This document shows, piece by piece, positions 12,207-24,944 of a DNA stretch of 64,000 nt. This DNA is from Eledone cirrhosa (Eukaryota). Below the pieces are notes generated by a model. It was not told the origin of the DNA and searched no databases. It saw only the letters and a program-made list of their open reading frames with translations. The first letter of the stretch is position 1. Every line of letters begins with the position of its first letter. Position numbers and translations under genes: made by a program. The stretch covers positions 71,052,001 through 71,116,000 of the forward strand of contig OZ024745.1 in assembly GCA_964016885.1 (NCBI GenBank), read 5' to 3'.

Positions 12207-14406
12207 AGATCAAAAGATGGTTAAAGGAGTTCAATATATTTTATTATGCGCATTTCAAAAACAAACATCATCAAACAATAATATTTGTGTTTTCATCAGA
12301 TAAAACAGGAGAACATGATATGAAGGCTAAAAAAACACTTGTTGATAGTGCAGTTTTAAATCAACATATGAAAAGTGGTTTTAGATTGATGTGTGATATT
12401 GGGAAAAATATTTTATTTAGAGAGGGGGGGAGAGAAAAGGATGAAAAGGGAAGGAGATGAGAGGGAGAGATGGGTGATAGAGAGAAAGAGATAGTTTTTA
12501 TAACAGAGAGGAGATATATTTTATATAGAGGGGTTGAAAACCGTTGGAAGATACTGTATAAATTAAAAATTTTGAAAATTAACGAAGGGAGGATATGTGC
12601 GAGGAAAAAATATATTATATTTAGGGAGGGGTGGGGGTGGAAAGGATGAAAAAAAGGGGAGGAGATGAGAGTGAAGGTGGAAAGGGAGAGATGGGTGATA
12701 GAGAGAAAGAGATAGTTTTTATAACTGAGAAAAAGATATAATGTTTTAATATAGAGAGGTTGGGAACCGTTGGAAGATAATGTATAAATTAAAGGAATTT
12801 GAAAATTAACGAAGGGAAATTATGTATGGAGATAGAGAGAAAAAAATAACGAAGGGAGATTATGTATGGAGATAGAGAGAAAAAAAAAAAAATAATAATT
12901 GTGGGTGAATATTCAAAAGGAGAAATGTAGGAATTTTAAAATTAGCAAAGAGAAAAAGTTTATGTATAGGATTTGAGAAAAATAATGTGAAGTTAAAGTT
13001 TTTATATTGAATTCATATGTATTAATAATGAGTTCGTTGATGGGGAGAAAAAAATAATAATAAATTAAGGATGAAATTGAGATTAAAAAGATTTATGATA
13101 GAGAGAAAAAATAATAATGATTGCGGATGAATACTCAAAATGTCAAAAACAAATGTTATTGTTTTACGAGGAGATATAATGAGGGTGATGAGTAAACGGG
13201 TATTATAGAGTGTATAATGCCCTTTAAAGTAAGGTAGATGGGTATATTTTAAAGAATATATGAGTATATATTAAAAAAAATATATAATAATAAATTAAGG
13301 ATGAAATTGAGATTAAAAAGATTTATGATAGAGGGAAAAAAAAAAAAAAAAATAATAATGATTGCGGATGAATATTCAAAATGTCAAAAACAAATGTTAT
13401 TGTTTTACGAGAAGATAGGATGAGGTAAATGAGTAAACGAGTACTATAGAGTGTATAATGCCCTTTAAAGTAAGGTAGATGGGTATATTTTAAAGAGGTG
13501 TATGTATATGTGCCTTTGAGAAAAGATTCTAAATTGATAAAGAATTGAATATTAACTGTATACTTTGTGAAAAGTTCTATGGAATTTATGCAGGCAGATG
13601 GAAAACAAATCCGAGCGTCTATTTATTATGGATTCTAGGTTAGAGATAATGGTAAATTTTTCATTTAGGCAGAGATTACAGATTTTAGATAGAGAACTGT
13701 TCAAGTACGAGGATGCAGAAGAAATCTTTTTCCAAAAGATGTTATATTTAATGTTTTTGTCTTTTAAGGACCATATGAGTTCTGAGAGAGCAGTGTTAGT
13801 TCTTTTAAGTTTGTATTTGAAAGATGAATGATGATTATAGAGACGAGCTTTAAAAGAGGTGGAAGTGGAGCCAAAATAGGTGAAGGAGTTGGTGCTAGTT
13901 ATAATTTTACATTCATAAATTAAGTTTTTATCGAGGCAATGGTTGTTGAGAGGACATTTATTTTTAATGCGGCAGTTGCAATTAGAGAGATTATTAATGA
14001 GTGATCTAGTGTTATCTATAGAAGGAATTGGATTGGAGAAGTTGTTTGCGATAGGAATAATAGGAATAATAGTTTCTTGATTTAGAGTTGGATTATGAAC
14101 ATTTAGCGAAGTTGTGTTTGACGTTGCATTTGGGTTTACAGAAGTTAGCCTAGGGTTTACAATGACGTCAGGAGTACTATTATTGTTATTATGAGATTCA
14201 ATATTGGAAGGAAGAGATTTAGTATTTAATATTTTGTTGTTGTGTTTAGAAATGATGTTGGAAATATTGGAGGATGTAGAATACGAAAATTTAATGGTGT
14301 GTTTGTTAAATATTTTACTATAGATATGTGAGGGAGGGAAGCATTTATTTAAGGCACTAAAAAATAATTTAGGAATATTGTTATTAATAGAGATGGAGAA
14401 AGGAGC

Positions 14407-14409
<3 letters not shown>
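12201..14409 (-). mobile_element. 5'-truncated Penelope-like retroelement (Naiad-like): thumb/linker, GIY-YIG, 3'UTR with HHR
   Basis: Frame 14357-13552 is open: ALNKCFPPSHIYSKIFNKHTIKFSYSTSSNI...CNCRIKNKCPLNNHCLDKNLIYECKI..TYFGSTSTSFKARLYNHHSSF..CNLCLNEK..INRRSDLFSICLH. (TA)n on both sides. Confidence 0.9.
12239..12305 (-). ncRNA. Minimal type I hammerhead ribozyme in PLE 3'UTR
   Basis: TTTTAT-CTGATGA-aaacacaaata...tgtttgttttt-GAAA-TGCGCA-TA-ATAAAA; palindromic helix III. Confidence 0.85.
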
Positions 14410-14483
<74 letters not shown>

Positions 14484-14546
14484 TTATATGTGTGTGTGTG
14501 TGTGTGTGTACATATATAGATTATATATATATATATATATATACAT

Positions 14547-14917
14547 AGCGGCGATGAATTAGTTTAGCGAGGTTTTTTAGCAAAGAAGACAAAATAAAAT
14601 AAACAAACAAGCAAATAAATAAATAAATATATAGACAGACTGAATAAAAAATGGCGGAAAAAATATAACACCACTGACGATGTTGCAGATGTGCAACGAA
14701 AGATTTATGTAAATTATGTAAACTATATATATGTGTTTGTGTATATTGTATCTGTATTATTTTTGACCGTCAGTCAGTCAATGGCAACATTGAGGACCGA
14801 GTAAGTTAGATCGCAGATATAAAAGACAGCGAGAAGCGAAAACCAACCAAACAGTGAGTGTGTTCTGTTATTAATTCTGGCAATATTACGCAAATATGAC
14901 CCTCCCCAAGTATAACA

Positions 14918-14920
<3 letters not shown>
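14547..14920. mobile_element. PLE family C second copy; HHR-like motif at ~14660-14740 (+)
   Basis: Begins with the inverted family-C terminus 'cggcgatgaattagtttagcgagg'. 14670-14920 matches 7560-7800 and ends at the same 'caagtataacaata'. Confidence 0.8.
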
Positions 14921-14992
<72 letters not shown>

Positions 14993-15990
14993 CTTAATGC
15001 TAGACGCCGAGTGAAATAAATCAAATAATTTAAATTCAAAAATGCTAAATCAGCTGGAAAAGGTCATAGAAAGGGCGAGGCTGAGTACTTATGAGATAAC
15101 TTCACCATAAGACAGCAGAAGATGCTCAATTGTGTGATAGGCATGTCCAAAACGAGGCCAGTGAGAGCTTCTATCGAGTGGAAAACAAAGAGGAGAGGTA
15201 CACATGTTAGAGGAGATGACACTGTTTGCAACTGGTAAATTTTCAGAATCATAATACAGCCGACTTGTATGTGGAATAGTTACGGAAGGAAATAATTTGT
15301 GCTAGATTGTTGAATGGAAACCAGGGTGGAAATGGGGTTAGTTCAATTAATCACTGAGACAACAAATAATATAGGAAAAGTGAAATAAAATAAGATAAAT
15401 AAAGATTAATCAAATATTGTAAAAGAACGTGTATACGAAGCCGAGGAAATACGGTTAATATAAAGATTGGTGTGCTCGTGCGCTGAGATGCGTTTTCTTT
15501 TTCCGTCATCGGGGCTCTCCACTCTATTTTTAGAGCTATTTTGTAGCACCTCAGTGTATAAGCACACCTTTCTTTATATTAACTTTATATTTAAGTTAAA
15601 ATATATAGAAGTATATCAAAGATTTATTACGTCAAACTCACAGATATATAAATTACACAACGATACCTTATACTACAATATATATACTATATATAGCAAA
15701 CGAATACCCGTATGGAAACCTCCCCAATCTAAGTGATGAGATCGGTACATCGACTGCGTCTATCAGGACAGAGTGTATATCTAGAAGAGGTAGTGTCAAA
15801 AAGTAGCTATTCTTATTAGATCCACGGAAAAGAATGTTTGGTGGATGTCAACATTGACAACTGGAAGCAGGTTAGTTGTTTGAAGTCTATCCAGCAACTA
15901 AAGATGGTAATGATAATAGAGAAGTTTGGAAAAAGGGGCTTTATAGTCTTGGCCCTGACCTAATTAACTAAAATATTATTAAGTTTAAAA

Positions 15991-16215
15991 AGGCGGTGGA
16001 GTGGCAGTATCAGACAAAAATATTTTGCGGCATAGCGCTTATGATCCTTTGCGTTCTGTGTTCAAATCCCACTGAGGTTAGCTTTACCTTTCATCCTTAC
16101 GGGGTGGATAAAATAAAGTACCAGTCTCGCACTGGGGTCTATTTAATTGAATCCCCCCCCCCCCCCCTCTCTAAAAAAAAGAGTTGCTGGCCTTGTGCCT
16201 AAATCAAAAACCATT
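15991..16215 (+). mobile_element. tRNA-type SINE
   Basis: 'ggcggtggagtggcag...gttcaaatccc..tgaggttagctttacctttcatccttacgggg' with B-box-like GTTCAAATCC. Confidence 0.8.
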
Positions 16216-16714
16216 TATATTAGGTTTAAAAAGATTTTTAAGTTACAATAAAATTACCAAGATATTGTGTGTGTTTAACCGACTGCTTCATTTGTTTTAT
16301 TCAAAACAGATCAATACATTAAAAAGATCAAATCTTCTTCGATACTGTCTTCCCTACTCCCCACCAGCCGCAGGTATGAGTCCCGCGAGTTTGTGTGGCT
16401 TTTCCAGCGCGTCTCCCTTGCCGTCCTCCGGGAAACGCCTTCTCCATTCTGTCCGCCGGGGCTGTGTGTGTGTGTAGTGTGGGGGGGGGGGGCATCACGT
16501 ATCATTCCATATTTAAGAATGGTCGACATTTTAATCAGGCAGGTTGTATGTAAAGTACTCTATACATTCTATCAAAGCTTGTCAGTGTTTATCATATGAG
16601 CTAGTGTAAGACAGTAGTCTGGTAAGAAACGTTAAATATGGCATTAAAGTTTATTAGTTGTATATATGGTGTAGGTTCGAAACTGTCACGTTAATTCTAT
16701 CGCTTGACCTAGTA

Positions 16715-16890
16715 ATAATTGTTTCTGATTTTGTAGCACAGGGTCAGCAATTTTGTGGGGAAAGAAAGGTCGATTAAATCGACCCCAATATTTAATTGTT
16801 ATATAATTTTATCACCCGAGGAAAGATTAAATTCAAAGTTGACCTCAGTGGGAATTAAACTAGGAATTTAATGAACCGAAACAAATAATT
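16715..16890 (-). mobile_element. Degenerate tRNA-type SINE
   Basis: Diverged match to the SINE core (tcgacccc...caaagttgacctcagtggga). Confidence 0.6.
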
Positions 16891-17156
16891 TGATTAAGAT
16901 CTATATGATTTTTTAAAATTAAGTTCGAATTTAAACATCGGTATTTGAAAATTGGCTTGTAGCTTCAAATTCTGGCCCAGAGTTAATCGAATGCGTGATA
17001 TTACGGTGTAATTTGTTTTATTTTGTTTTTTTTTTAGATTATATATATATCTCTATATATATATATATTCTATGGAGCGCTTGCCACACATCTTGGAAGT
17101 TGTTTTTCGCTAATTTCCAATAGCCGAAATACGATTCTCGCTAATTTATATTTGTA

Positions 17157-17207
<51 letters not shown>

Positions 17208-17209
<2 letters not shown>

Positions 17210-17415
17210 CGAAGGAAATGTGGTAAGGAACCAGGTGGACCATAACGCACCAAAGTACTCAATACTTGAGGTAGTAGAGTGGGTAATAGGAACCAGTAAG
17301 ACCCCGACAGCTGAGCTCAAGCCGTTTCGACGGCTAATTCTGGACGGCTAATTCTGAGTCCAGAATTAGCCGTCGAAACGGCTTGAGCTCAGCTGTCGGG
17401 GTCTTACTGGTTCCT
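17208..17415. mobile_element. PLE family B fold-back insertion
   Basis: 17287-17345 is inverted to 17357-17415, with a short junction duplication 'ggctaattctg'. (TA)n on both sides. Confidence 0.85.
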
Positions 17416-17448
17416 ATATATATATATATATACAGGACACACACACAC

Positions 17449-17527
<79 letters not shown>

Positions 17528-17585
17528 CATACGTAATGCGTGTGTATGTTTATTATAATATAAAGTTAGAATTATTATAGATTCT

Positions 17586-17790
17586 ACGGGCAAAACCAAC
17601 CAGCTGGAGACCCAGGGATATACCCCGAGCAAGATGGTTGCATAATATCCATGAGCTTGCCTGGTCGCGCTTGGAGATCCAGCCGGATCAGTTGAAGACG
17701 ATTGCTTCTGACAAGAGCCGCTGGAAGGAGCGTTTGAAGACTCTTCCCACACGACACTCTCAGGAACAAGTAGGCGAAGAAGAAGAGAAG
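17586..17790 (+). mobile_element. RTE-clade (Expander-like) LINE 3' end
   Basis: Reads PRARWLHNIHELAWSRLEIQPDQLKTIASDKSRWKERLKTLPTR, followed by a (GAA)n tail. Confidence 0.7.
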
Positions 17791-18091
17791 TTACAATTGA
17801 AGGTTAAATAAAATATACCAAATATGCTATGATTAATTAAAATTAAGTTAAATTAAGGTTGACATATCTAAGCTACTTTAATTTAAGAAACGGGTACGTT
17901 TTGCCTATTTATCAAAACATTTTGCTTAGTAAGGTAAGAAACTATGTTTGGTAGTAGATTTCATGAGTAGAGTTTATTTATAAACATGTATCCCGTAATT
18001 TCGAAGATGACACTTTAAATATATATATGAAAATAAATGTTTGATGTAATGATGATATATTACATTTTAATTTAATATCTCATTGTTAACA

Positions 18092-18292
18092 AGGGCGTCG
18101 GATTAGAAGGATCGGTAGGGTGTCGGACAATTTGCTTTACGGCATAGACGTCCGGTCCTTTGTGTTCTGTGTTCAAATCCGCTTTGCCTTTAATCCTTAC
18201 AGGGTCGATTAAATACAGTACCAGTAACGCACTGGGGTCGACTTTCCCATCCCCAAAAATTGTTGGCCTTGTCCCTAAATCAGAAACCATTA
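18092..18292 (+). mobile_element. tRNA-type SINE
   Basis: Same family as 35307-35484. Confidence 0.75.
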
Positions 18293-18444
18293 ATACAACA
18301 CACTTTATATTTCTATTACTTTTAAGTAGACCGTACAACACAAATCTTCAGAACTATAATTATTCTTTAGAAATAATGCATAAGATTATTTTTAGCGGAG
18401 GAAAAAAACCAGACACCGAATAATTCTTGATCTTTACATTAACG

Positions 18445-18486
<42 letters not shown>

Positions 18487-18490
18487 GTAC

Positions 18491-18565
<75 letters not shown>

Positions 18566-18678
18566 TATATATATATTCATATATATACACATATAAATAT
18601 ATACACACATATATATACATATATATATATACATATATATATATACTTATATATATACATATATATATACATGTATAG

Positions 18679-18735
<57 letters not shown>

Positions 18736-18737
<2 letters not shown>

Positions 18738-19270
18738 TACGTTATTCCGGGTTGAATCGGGGGTAACCATAGTAAGTAGGGTACTCAATACATTGCAGAG
18801 TATAAAAGTTTTAATATAGATGAGATTCTACAGGACTAGAACTGTTTCATTCTTTAGAAATCATCAGGAATCTGGGTATCAAAAAATAAGTATGGTATTT
18901 ATAGGTCTCTTCAAGTGGTAGGAGAGGGTAGGGAGTGGGATGGGTGTAGGTCATTGGTTGATAGAAAAGGGAATTCATTAAAAGCTAATTCTACAAAGCT
19001 ATAGTTTATTTTTAACAAAGGCAGAAAGAATTCTATAAACAAGTTCAGGATGGGGTGCCACTCCTTATTATTAAGTTTCTCTTAAGCTAACAGGTGTCTA
19101 TAAGATCAGTGGGGGTCAGTCTTGGTTGGTGGATTTAAAGGAAAGGGAGATTCTTTAAAAGCTAAATTCTTTAAGGTTCTACTAAGTGACATAGGTTTAG
19201 AGAATTCTGTAGACAAATTCAAAATATTGAGTGCAAATCATACAATTATCTTCAAATTTCTCTTAAACTA
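18736..19270 (-). mobile_element. PLE family A 3' end; HHR at 18823-18873
   Basis: Full family-A terminus, HHR and upstream UTR; homologous to 2106-2570. Confidence 0.85.
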
Positions 19271-19379
19271 TTCAACTATATGCCAAAAATCAACAACACA
19301 TTCACAAAAACACTCACTCACACACTCGCGCGCACCCATAAACACATACACATATACATATATATACATATATATATCT

Positions 19380-19509
19380 ATGATGATGGCTGCCCCCTCG
19401 TTATCGAGTATGGCCATTGCACGAGGAGAAAGAAAAAAAAATAATAATAATAATAATAATAAATAAATAAAAAGAAAATAAAAATAAAAAATAAAAAATA
19501 AAAAAAGGA

Positions 19510-19540
<31 letters not shown>

Positions 19541-21047
19541 CACATATACACACACACACACACTCACACATACATATACACACACATACATTAATAACAA
19601 TAATAATAATAATAACAATAACAACAATAATAATAACGACAACAACAATAATAATATACATATACATATATATATACACACACATAAGCATATCTACACA
19701 CACACACACACACACACACGATAGCAACTAACAGCGCTGCGATCGAATGTGGCTTTTTAGCCCAGCCAATGATCTAAAATGTCTTGCACAGAGTCGGCAA
19801 CCAAAACATTTACTGGGAATAGTCGGCTGTGGTTGGAGTTTGTGTACTTTTACATGTCGCTTGAGCCATCCTGCTGATTTACATTCTCTACCACATGTTT
19901 GACAAGCATGATGAGTAGCATCTCCAACAGCAGCCTGGTAGTCAACCTCTGGTCTTACTTTATGACTGCGAAGATGACTTTCGAGTCCAGCTTTGCTTAG
20001 GCAGAGTCTCGCACATACGCTGCATGTCAGCACCATAGGAGGACCCTCGCCGTCTGGAAGTGCAACAGCAATGCCCTTCCTCACATCCCGCTTTACTTTC
20101 TCGTATGCGATTCGAAATGCCTCAAAGGCAACTTTTCCCTCATATACAGTCTTTCTCCATTTATTACGATCAACAGCAATATTTTCCCATGTATCAGCAG
20201 AGATGTTAGCGTCTTTCAGAGAGGCTTTCAAGGAATCCTTATACCTCTTTTTTGGTTTATGTGGCGGTCGTTTTCCTTTAACCAACTCTCCATAAAAGAG
20301 TTGTTTTGGTATTCTAGAATCCTTCATCCTGGCAAGGTGACCACTTCAACGGAGTCGTTACTTAAGCACAAGAGCTTCTATACTGTCACACATAGAGCTT
20401 TCCAAAATCTCGACATCACTGATGTGGTCCCTCCAGTGAACGCCATGGATCCGTCTGAGACATATCTGATGGAAACGCTCCAATTGCTTAAGGTGGTGTC
20501 GATATGTGACCCAGGTCTCGCAGGCATAAAGAAGACAAGAGAACACACATGCCTGTACACCTTTACCTTTGTCCTCCTGCATGTCTCGCCGACCCCAGAG
20601 TCACCTTTCTAGCTTTCCGAAAGCATCACTTGCTTTCCTAATCCTAAGTGAGATTTCACTGTCAAGGTTGCTTTATCGATTGACAGTGCTTCCCAGGTAG
20701 ACAAACTGATCAACCACTCCAAGTCGTTTGCCATACACATAGATGTTTGGTTCAGTGTACTGCTTACCAGGGGCAGGTTGGTACATGACGATGGTTTTCT
20801 TGAGACTGACAGTCAGACCTAGGGCAGTGTAAGCGTCAGAAAATGCATTCAAAATGTGCTGCATATCTCTCTCTGTGTGCGCTACAAGATCGCAATCATC
20901 TGCATACAAGAGGTCGCTTATGATTGATGTAAATACTTTTGTCTTCGCAACAAAGCGCCTGATGTTAAATATGCTGCCTGAGGTTCGATATCGGATGTAA
21001 ACACCATGCTCGCAATTCCTGAATGCAATACAGAAAACCATTGCAAA
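19380..21047 (-). pseudogene. 5'-truncated RTE-clade LINE: RT remnant plus three C-terminal C2H2-like zinc fingers
   Basis: Motifs [51 protein letters not shown]...KRYKD.LK and three CxxC..H fingers. In-frame stops and frameshifts at ~20340-20675. 3' tail at 19380-19425. Confidence 0.9.
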
Positions 21048-21193
21048 GTATATGCATATACATACATACACATATATATACATATATATATATACACACA
21101 CACACACACAGAGACATATATATACACACACACACATATACACATATATACATATATACACACATACACACACATATATATACACACATACAC

Positions 21194-21245
<52 letters not shown>

Positions 21246-21260
21246 TACACACACATATAT

Positions 21261-21305
<45 letters not shown>

Positions 21306-21344
21306 CACATACACACACATATAGATATACATATACACATATAC

Positions 21345-21377
<33 letters not shown>

Positions 21378-21397
21378 CACATACATATATATACACG

Positions 21398-21481
<84 letters not shown>

Positions 21482-21582
21482 TACATACATATACACATAT
21501 ATATATATATATATTTATATATATACACACAAATATACACACACATACGTACACACATACACACATACATACGCATACATAA

Positions 21583-21669
<87 letters not shown>

Positions 21670-21737
21670 TACATACATACATCTACATATACACACATAC
21701 ACACACATATATATATATATATATACATATATAAATA

Positions 21738-21777
<40 letters not shown>

Positions 21778-21797
21778 CACACATACACATATACATA

Positions 21798-21849
<52 letters not shown>

Positions 21850-21984
21850 TATATACACACACATACACACATACACATACATATACACATACATATATAT
21901 ATATATATATACGTATATATATATATATATATACACATACATATACACACATATATATACATACACATACATATACATACACAC

Positions 21985-22019
<35 letters not shown>

Positions 22020-22082
22020 CATATACACATACATATACACATATACACACATATATATATATACATATACACACATACATAT

Positions 22083-22134
<52 letters not shown>

Positions 22135-22210
22135 ACATATAAACATACATACACACATACATATATATACACATATATATATATACATACACACACACAC
22201 ACATATATAT

Positions 22211-22258
<48 letters not shown>

Positions 22259-22346
22259 ATATATGTATATATATACATATTTACATATATATATATATAC
22301 ATATATACATATATATATACATATATACATATATATATACATATAT

Positions 22347-22403
<57 letters not shown>

Positions 22404-22475
22404 CACATATATACACACACAGAGAGAACCACACAAACACTTACACACATATATATATACACACACACACCCACC

Positions 22476-22557
<82 letters not shown>

Positions 22558-22565
22558 TACACATA
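21048..22565. repeat. ~1.5 kb compound (TA)n/(CA)n microsatellite
   Basis: Direct reading. Confidence 0.95.
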
Positions 22566-23341
22566 CAAATAAATAAGTACTCAATAAATATACACATATA
22601 CACAGGCACATAAAAACAGCTCTACAGGCAGAAAATGCAGATAGGTAAGAGGTACTCACATAACCATAGTGGCCGTATTTCAGGTTGAGGAGGGTGGGGG
22701 TAGGGTGTGAAGGAGGTATAGGGGCTAATAGGAGGCGGTCGTTTTTAGCCATCGGGCTTTAACACTGGCTTAAAGTATTTGAAAGTTGCAAAGTTCTTGT
22801 GCATGCAGTTCGGACAGTGTTCAGAGAGTTTGTTCAGTAGCGGCCCCTTGGCGAATAAAATTTCGTAGCTCTCTGAGATACAAAGGTCGCAGCCCTTGTG
22901 TACTCCGTTGTAAGAGCGCGCTTTCTGGAGTATTTTCCATTTAAGCGTGAAGGGGGTGGAGTTCCTTTTGAGGTCCCAAACATAGGAGGCGAGTGTTGTC
23001 TGGTTTGATTTGTCCGGTCTTCTGAAGGAGTGGATATGGGCACACCAACGGGTCTTAAAGTTGTTGGAGGTCATGCCGATGTAAGTTTTTTTGTTATTGC
23101 AATCATCGGTGCCTGAGATGACATCGCATTTGTATACGATATCATTTGTGAGACATTTGTTTTCAAGTGGGCATGCTTCCTTATTTAGGCAATTACACAA
23201 AGCCCCAGTCCGGGGATTGGGTTCGGAGGTGGTTGGCTTATTTATTTTTTTAGAATTGTGGTTGGCTATATTCCCAGCTAGGTTAGGTGTGGTGGAGTAG
23301 GAGAGTCTTATTGTGTTCTTATTAAAGATGGTGTGGTACCT
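22566..23341 (-). mobile_element. 5'-truncated Penelope-like element (Naiad-like GIY-YIG, ORF remnant 22745-23341)
   Basis: RYHTIFNKNTIRLSYSTTPN...CNCLNKEACPLENKC..DIVYKC..TYIGMTSNNFKTRWCAHIHSF..CDLCISE..LLNKLSEHCPNCMH. Confidence 0.92.
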
Positions 23342-23344
23342 ATG

Positions 23345-23690
23345 GAATCTCCCTTTCCTTTAAATCCACCAACCATGACTGACCCCCACTGATCTTATAG
23401 ACACCTGTTAGCTTAAGAGAAACTTAATAATAAGGAGTGGCACCCCATCCTGAACTTGTTTATAGAATTCTTTCTGCCTTTGTTAAAAATAAACTATAGC
23501 TTTGTAGAATTAGCTTTTAATGAATTCCCTTTTCTATCAACCAATGACCTACACCCATCCCACTCCCTACCCTCTCCTACCACTTGAAGAGACCTATAAA
23601 TACCATACTTATTTTTTGATACCAGATTCCTGATGATTTCTAAAGAATGAAACAGTTCTAGTCCTGTAGAATCTCATCTATATTAAAACT
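23345..23690 (+). mobile_element. PLE family A segment; HHR at 23624-23674
   Basis: Reverse complement of ~18808-19153; ends at 'ctatattaaaac' running into (TA)n. Confidence 0.85.
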
Positions 23691-23947
23691 ATATATACAT
23701 ATATATATATATATATAATATTAAAAAAGATCGGAGTCCAGTTGAATTAGGTTTAGTTATATCTCCGTTACACATATTTCGTTTCGTTGAGGGTCGGTTG
23801 GCCCCATATTCTAATTATTATATATAAATATATATATACAAAAAAAAACAAAAAAATACATAAAAACAAAAAAAAGGAAAAAGATTCTTTCATTAGAAAA
23901 TGTAGAAGAGATCTTTTTCAGTGAAATATCAAAATATTAATTTATTT

Positions 23948-23985
23948 ACAATACCGGTTTCAGCATTAAATGCATTGTCAATTAT
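23948..23985 (-). ncRNA. Minimal hammerhead ribozyme, U3-A8 variant
   Basis: ATAA-TTGACAA-tGCATttaATGCt-GAAA-CCGG-TA-TTGT. Confidence 0.7.
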
Positions 23986-24047
23986 GGATATGCAGAATAT
24001 TGTTAAGTTGCATAGTTGTACAAATAGTGATAATAATAATAATAATA

Positions 24048-24166
24048 ATTGTTTCTACTTTAGGCACAAAGCCAGCAAATAACCAGTGCATTTTCTGGTA
24101 CTTTATTTTATCGACCCCGTAAGGATGAAAGGCAAAGTCAACCTCGGCGAGATTTGAACTCAGATC
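24048..24166 (-). mobile_element. tRNA-type SINE (5'-truncated) flanked by (TAA)n
   Basis: SINE core 'ctggtactttattttatcgaccccgtaaggatgaaaggcaaagtcaacctcggc'. Confidence 0.8.
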
Positions 24167-24343
24167 ATAATAATAATAATAATGAAGAAAATGAAAATAA
24201 AAATGGGAAGAAAAATTAATTTTCACATACATGTTCATTCAAAGAAGAGAGTCCATTTCTCTGTCCATCCTACTCTGCTTATAGCTTGGTTATTATTATC
24301 ACTATTTGTACAAATATGCAACTTAACAATATTCTGCATATCC

Positions 24344-24381
24344 GCAATTGACAATGCATTTAATGCTGAAACCGGTATTGT
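24344..24381 (+). ncRNA. Minimal hammerhead ribozyme, U3-A8 variant
   Basis: GCAA-TTGACAA-tGCATttaATGCt-GAAA-CCGG-TA-TTGT; palindromic helix III. Confidence 0.72.
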
Positions 24382-24944
24382 AAATAAATTAATATTTTGA
24401 TATCTCACTGAAAAAAATCTCTTCAACATTTTCTACTGAAAGAATCTTTTTCCGTTCTACTATTTGTTTTTATATATATATCAACTCATGTGTTAATTTT
24501 CTACATTCGATATATATACATATACATACATATATACATATATACCCGAACCATATTGATATAATTATTACACGCCCTGCCTTTATGGTATAGTGAAACT
24601 TAACAAAAGGTGTGTGATGTTACAGATCTTTGAAAGACAAAATGGAATAGGATGTATGAAAGATAGAACCTAAAATATGAAGGACTTAATGAATGATGTA
24701 TGTTATGAGGATGGCTGTGTACGGTGCTTCCAGTTGATGTGGGGTCATGTGATTTTGTAGCTCATCCTACTATGTCCAGCTTAGCTGGTATTGTACTTAT
24801 ACAAAACCTATAGAGGGATTATTTATAAACAGAGAAAGAACGGAGAAAATACTTCATTATGAATGTAGAAGCCCGAGACATCCCCTTGGAGATGTCATTT
24901 ATTTTTTCCATTAACCGACTACGTAATAACATGAAAATCTTTCA

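Larger units (their letters stand above)
23880..24450. mobile_element. Fold-back element (family E) with an HHR in each arm and a SINE in the loop
   Basis: 23880-24040 is inverted to 24290-24450. Confidence 0.8.

Noticed and set aside
16345-16465. GC-rich patch with a CAG|GTATGA donor-like site
   Set aside because: No recognisable ORF or partner exon; insufficient evidence.
20673-22214. 513-aa ORF containing YADD
   Set aside because: Only the last ~125 codons are LINE RT; the rest is microsatellite and the downstream frame has stops.
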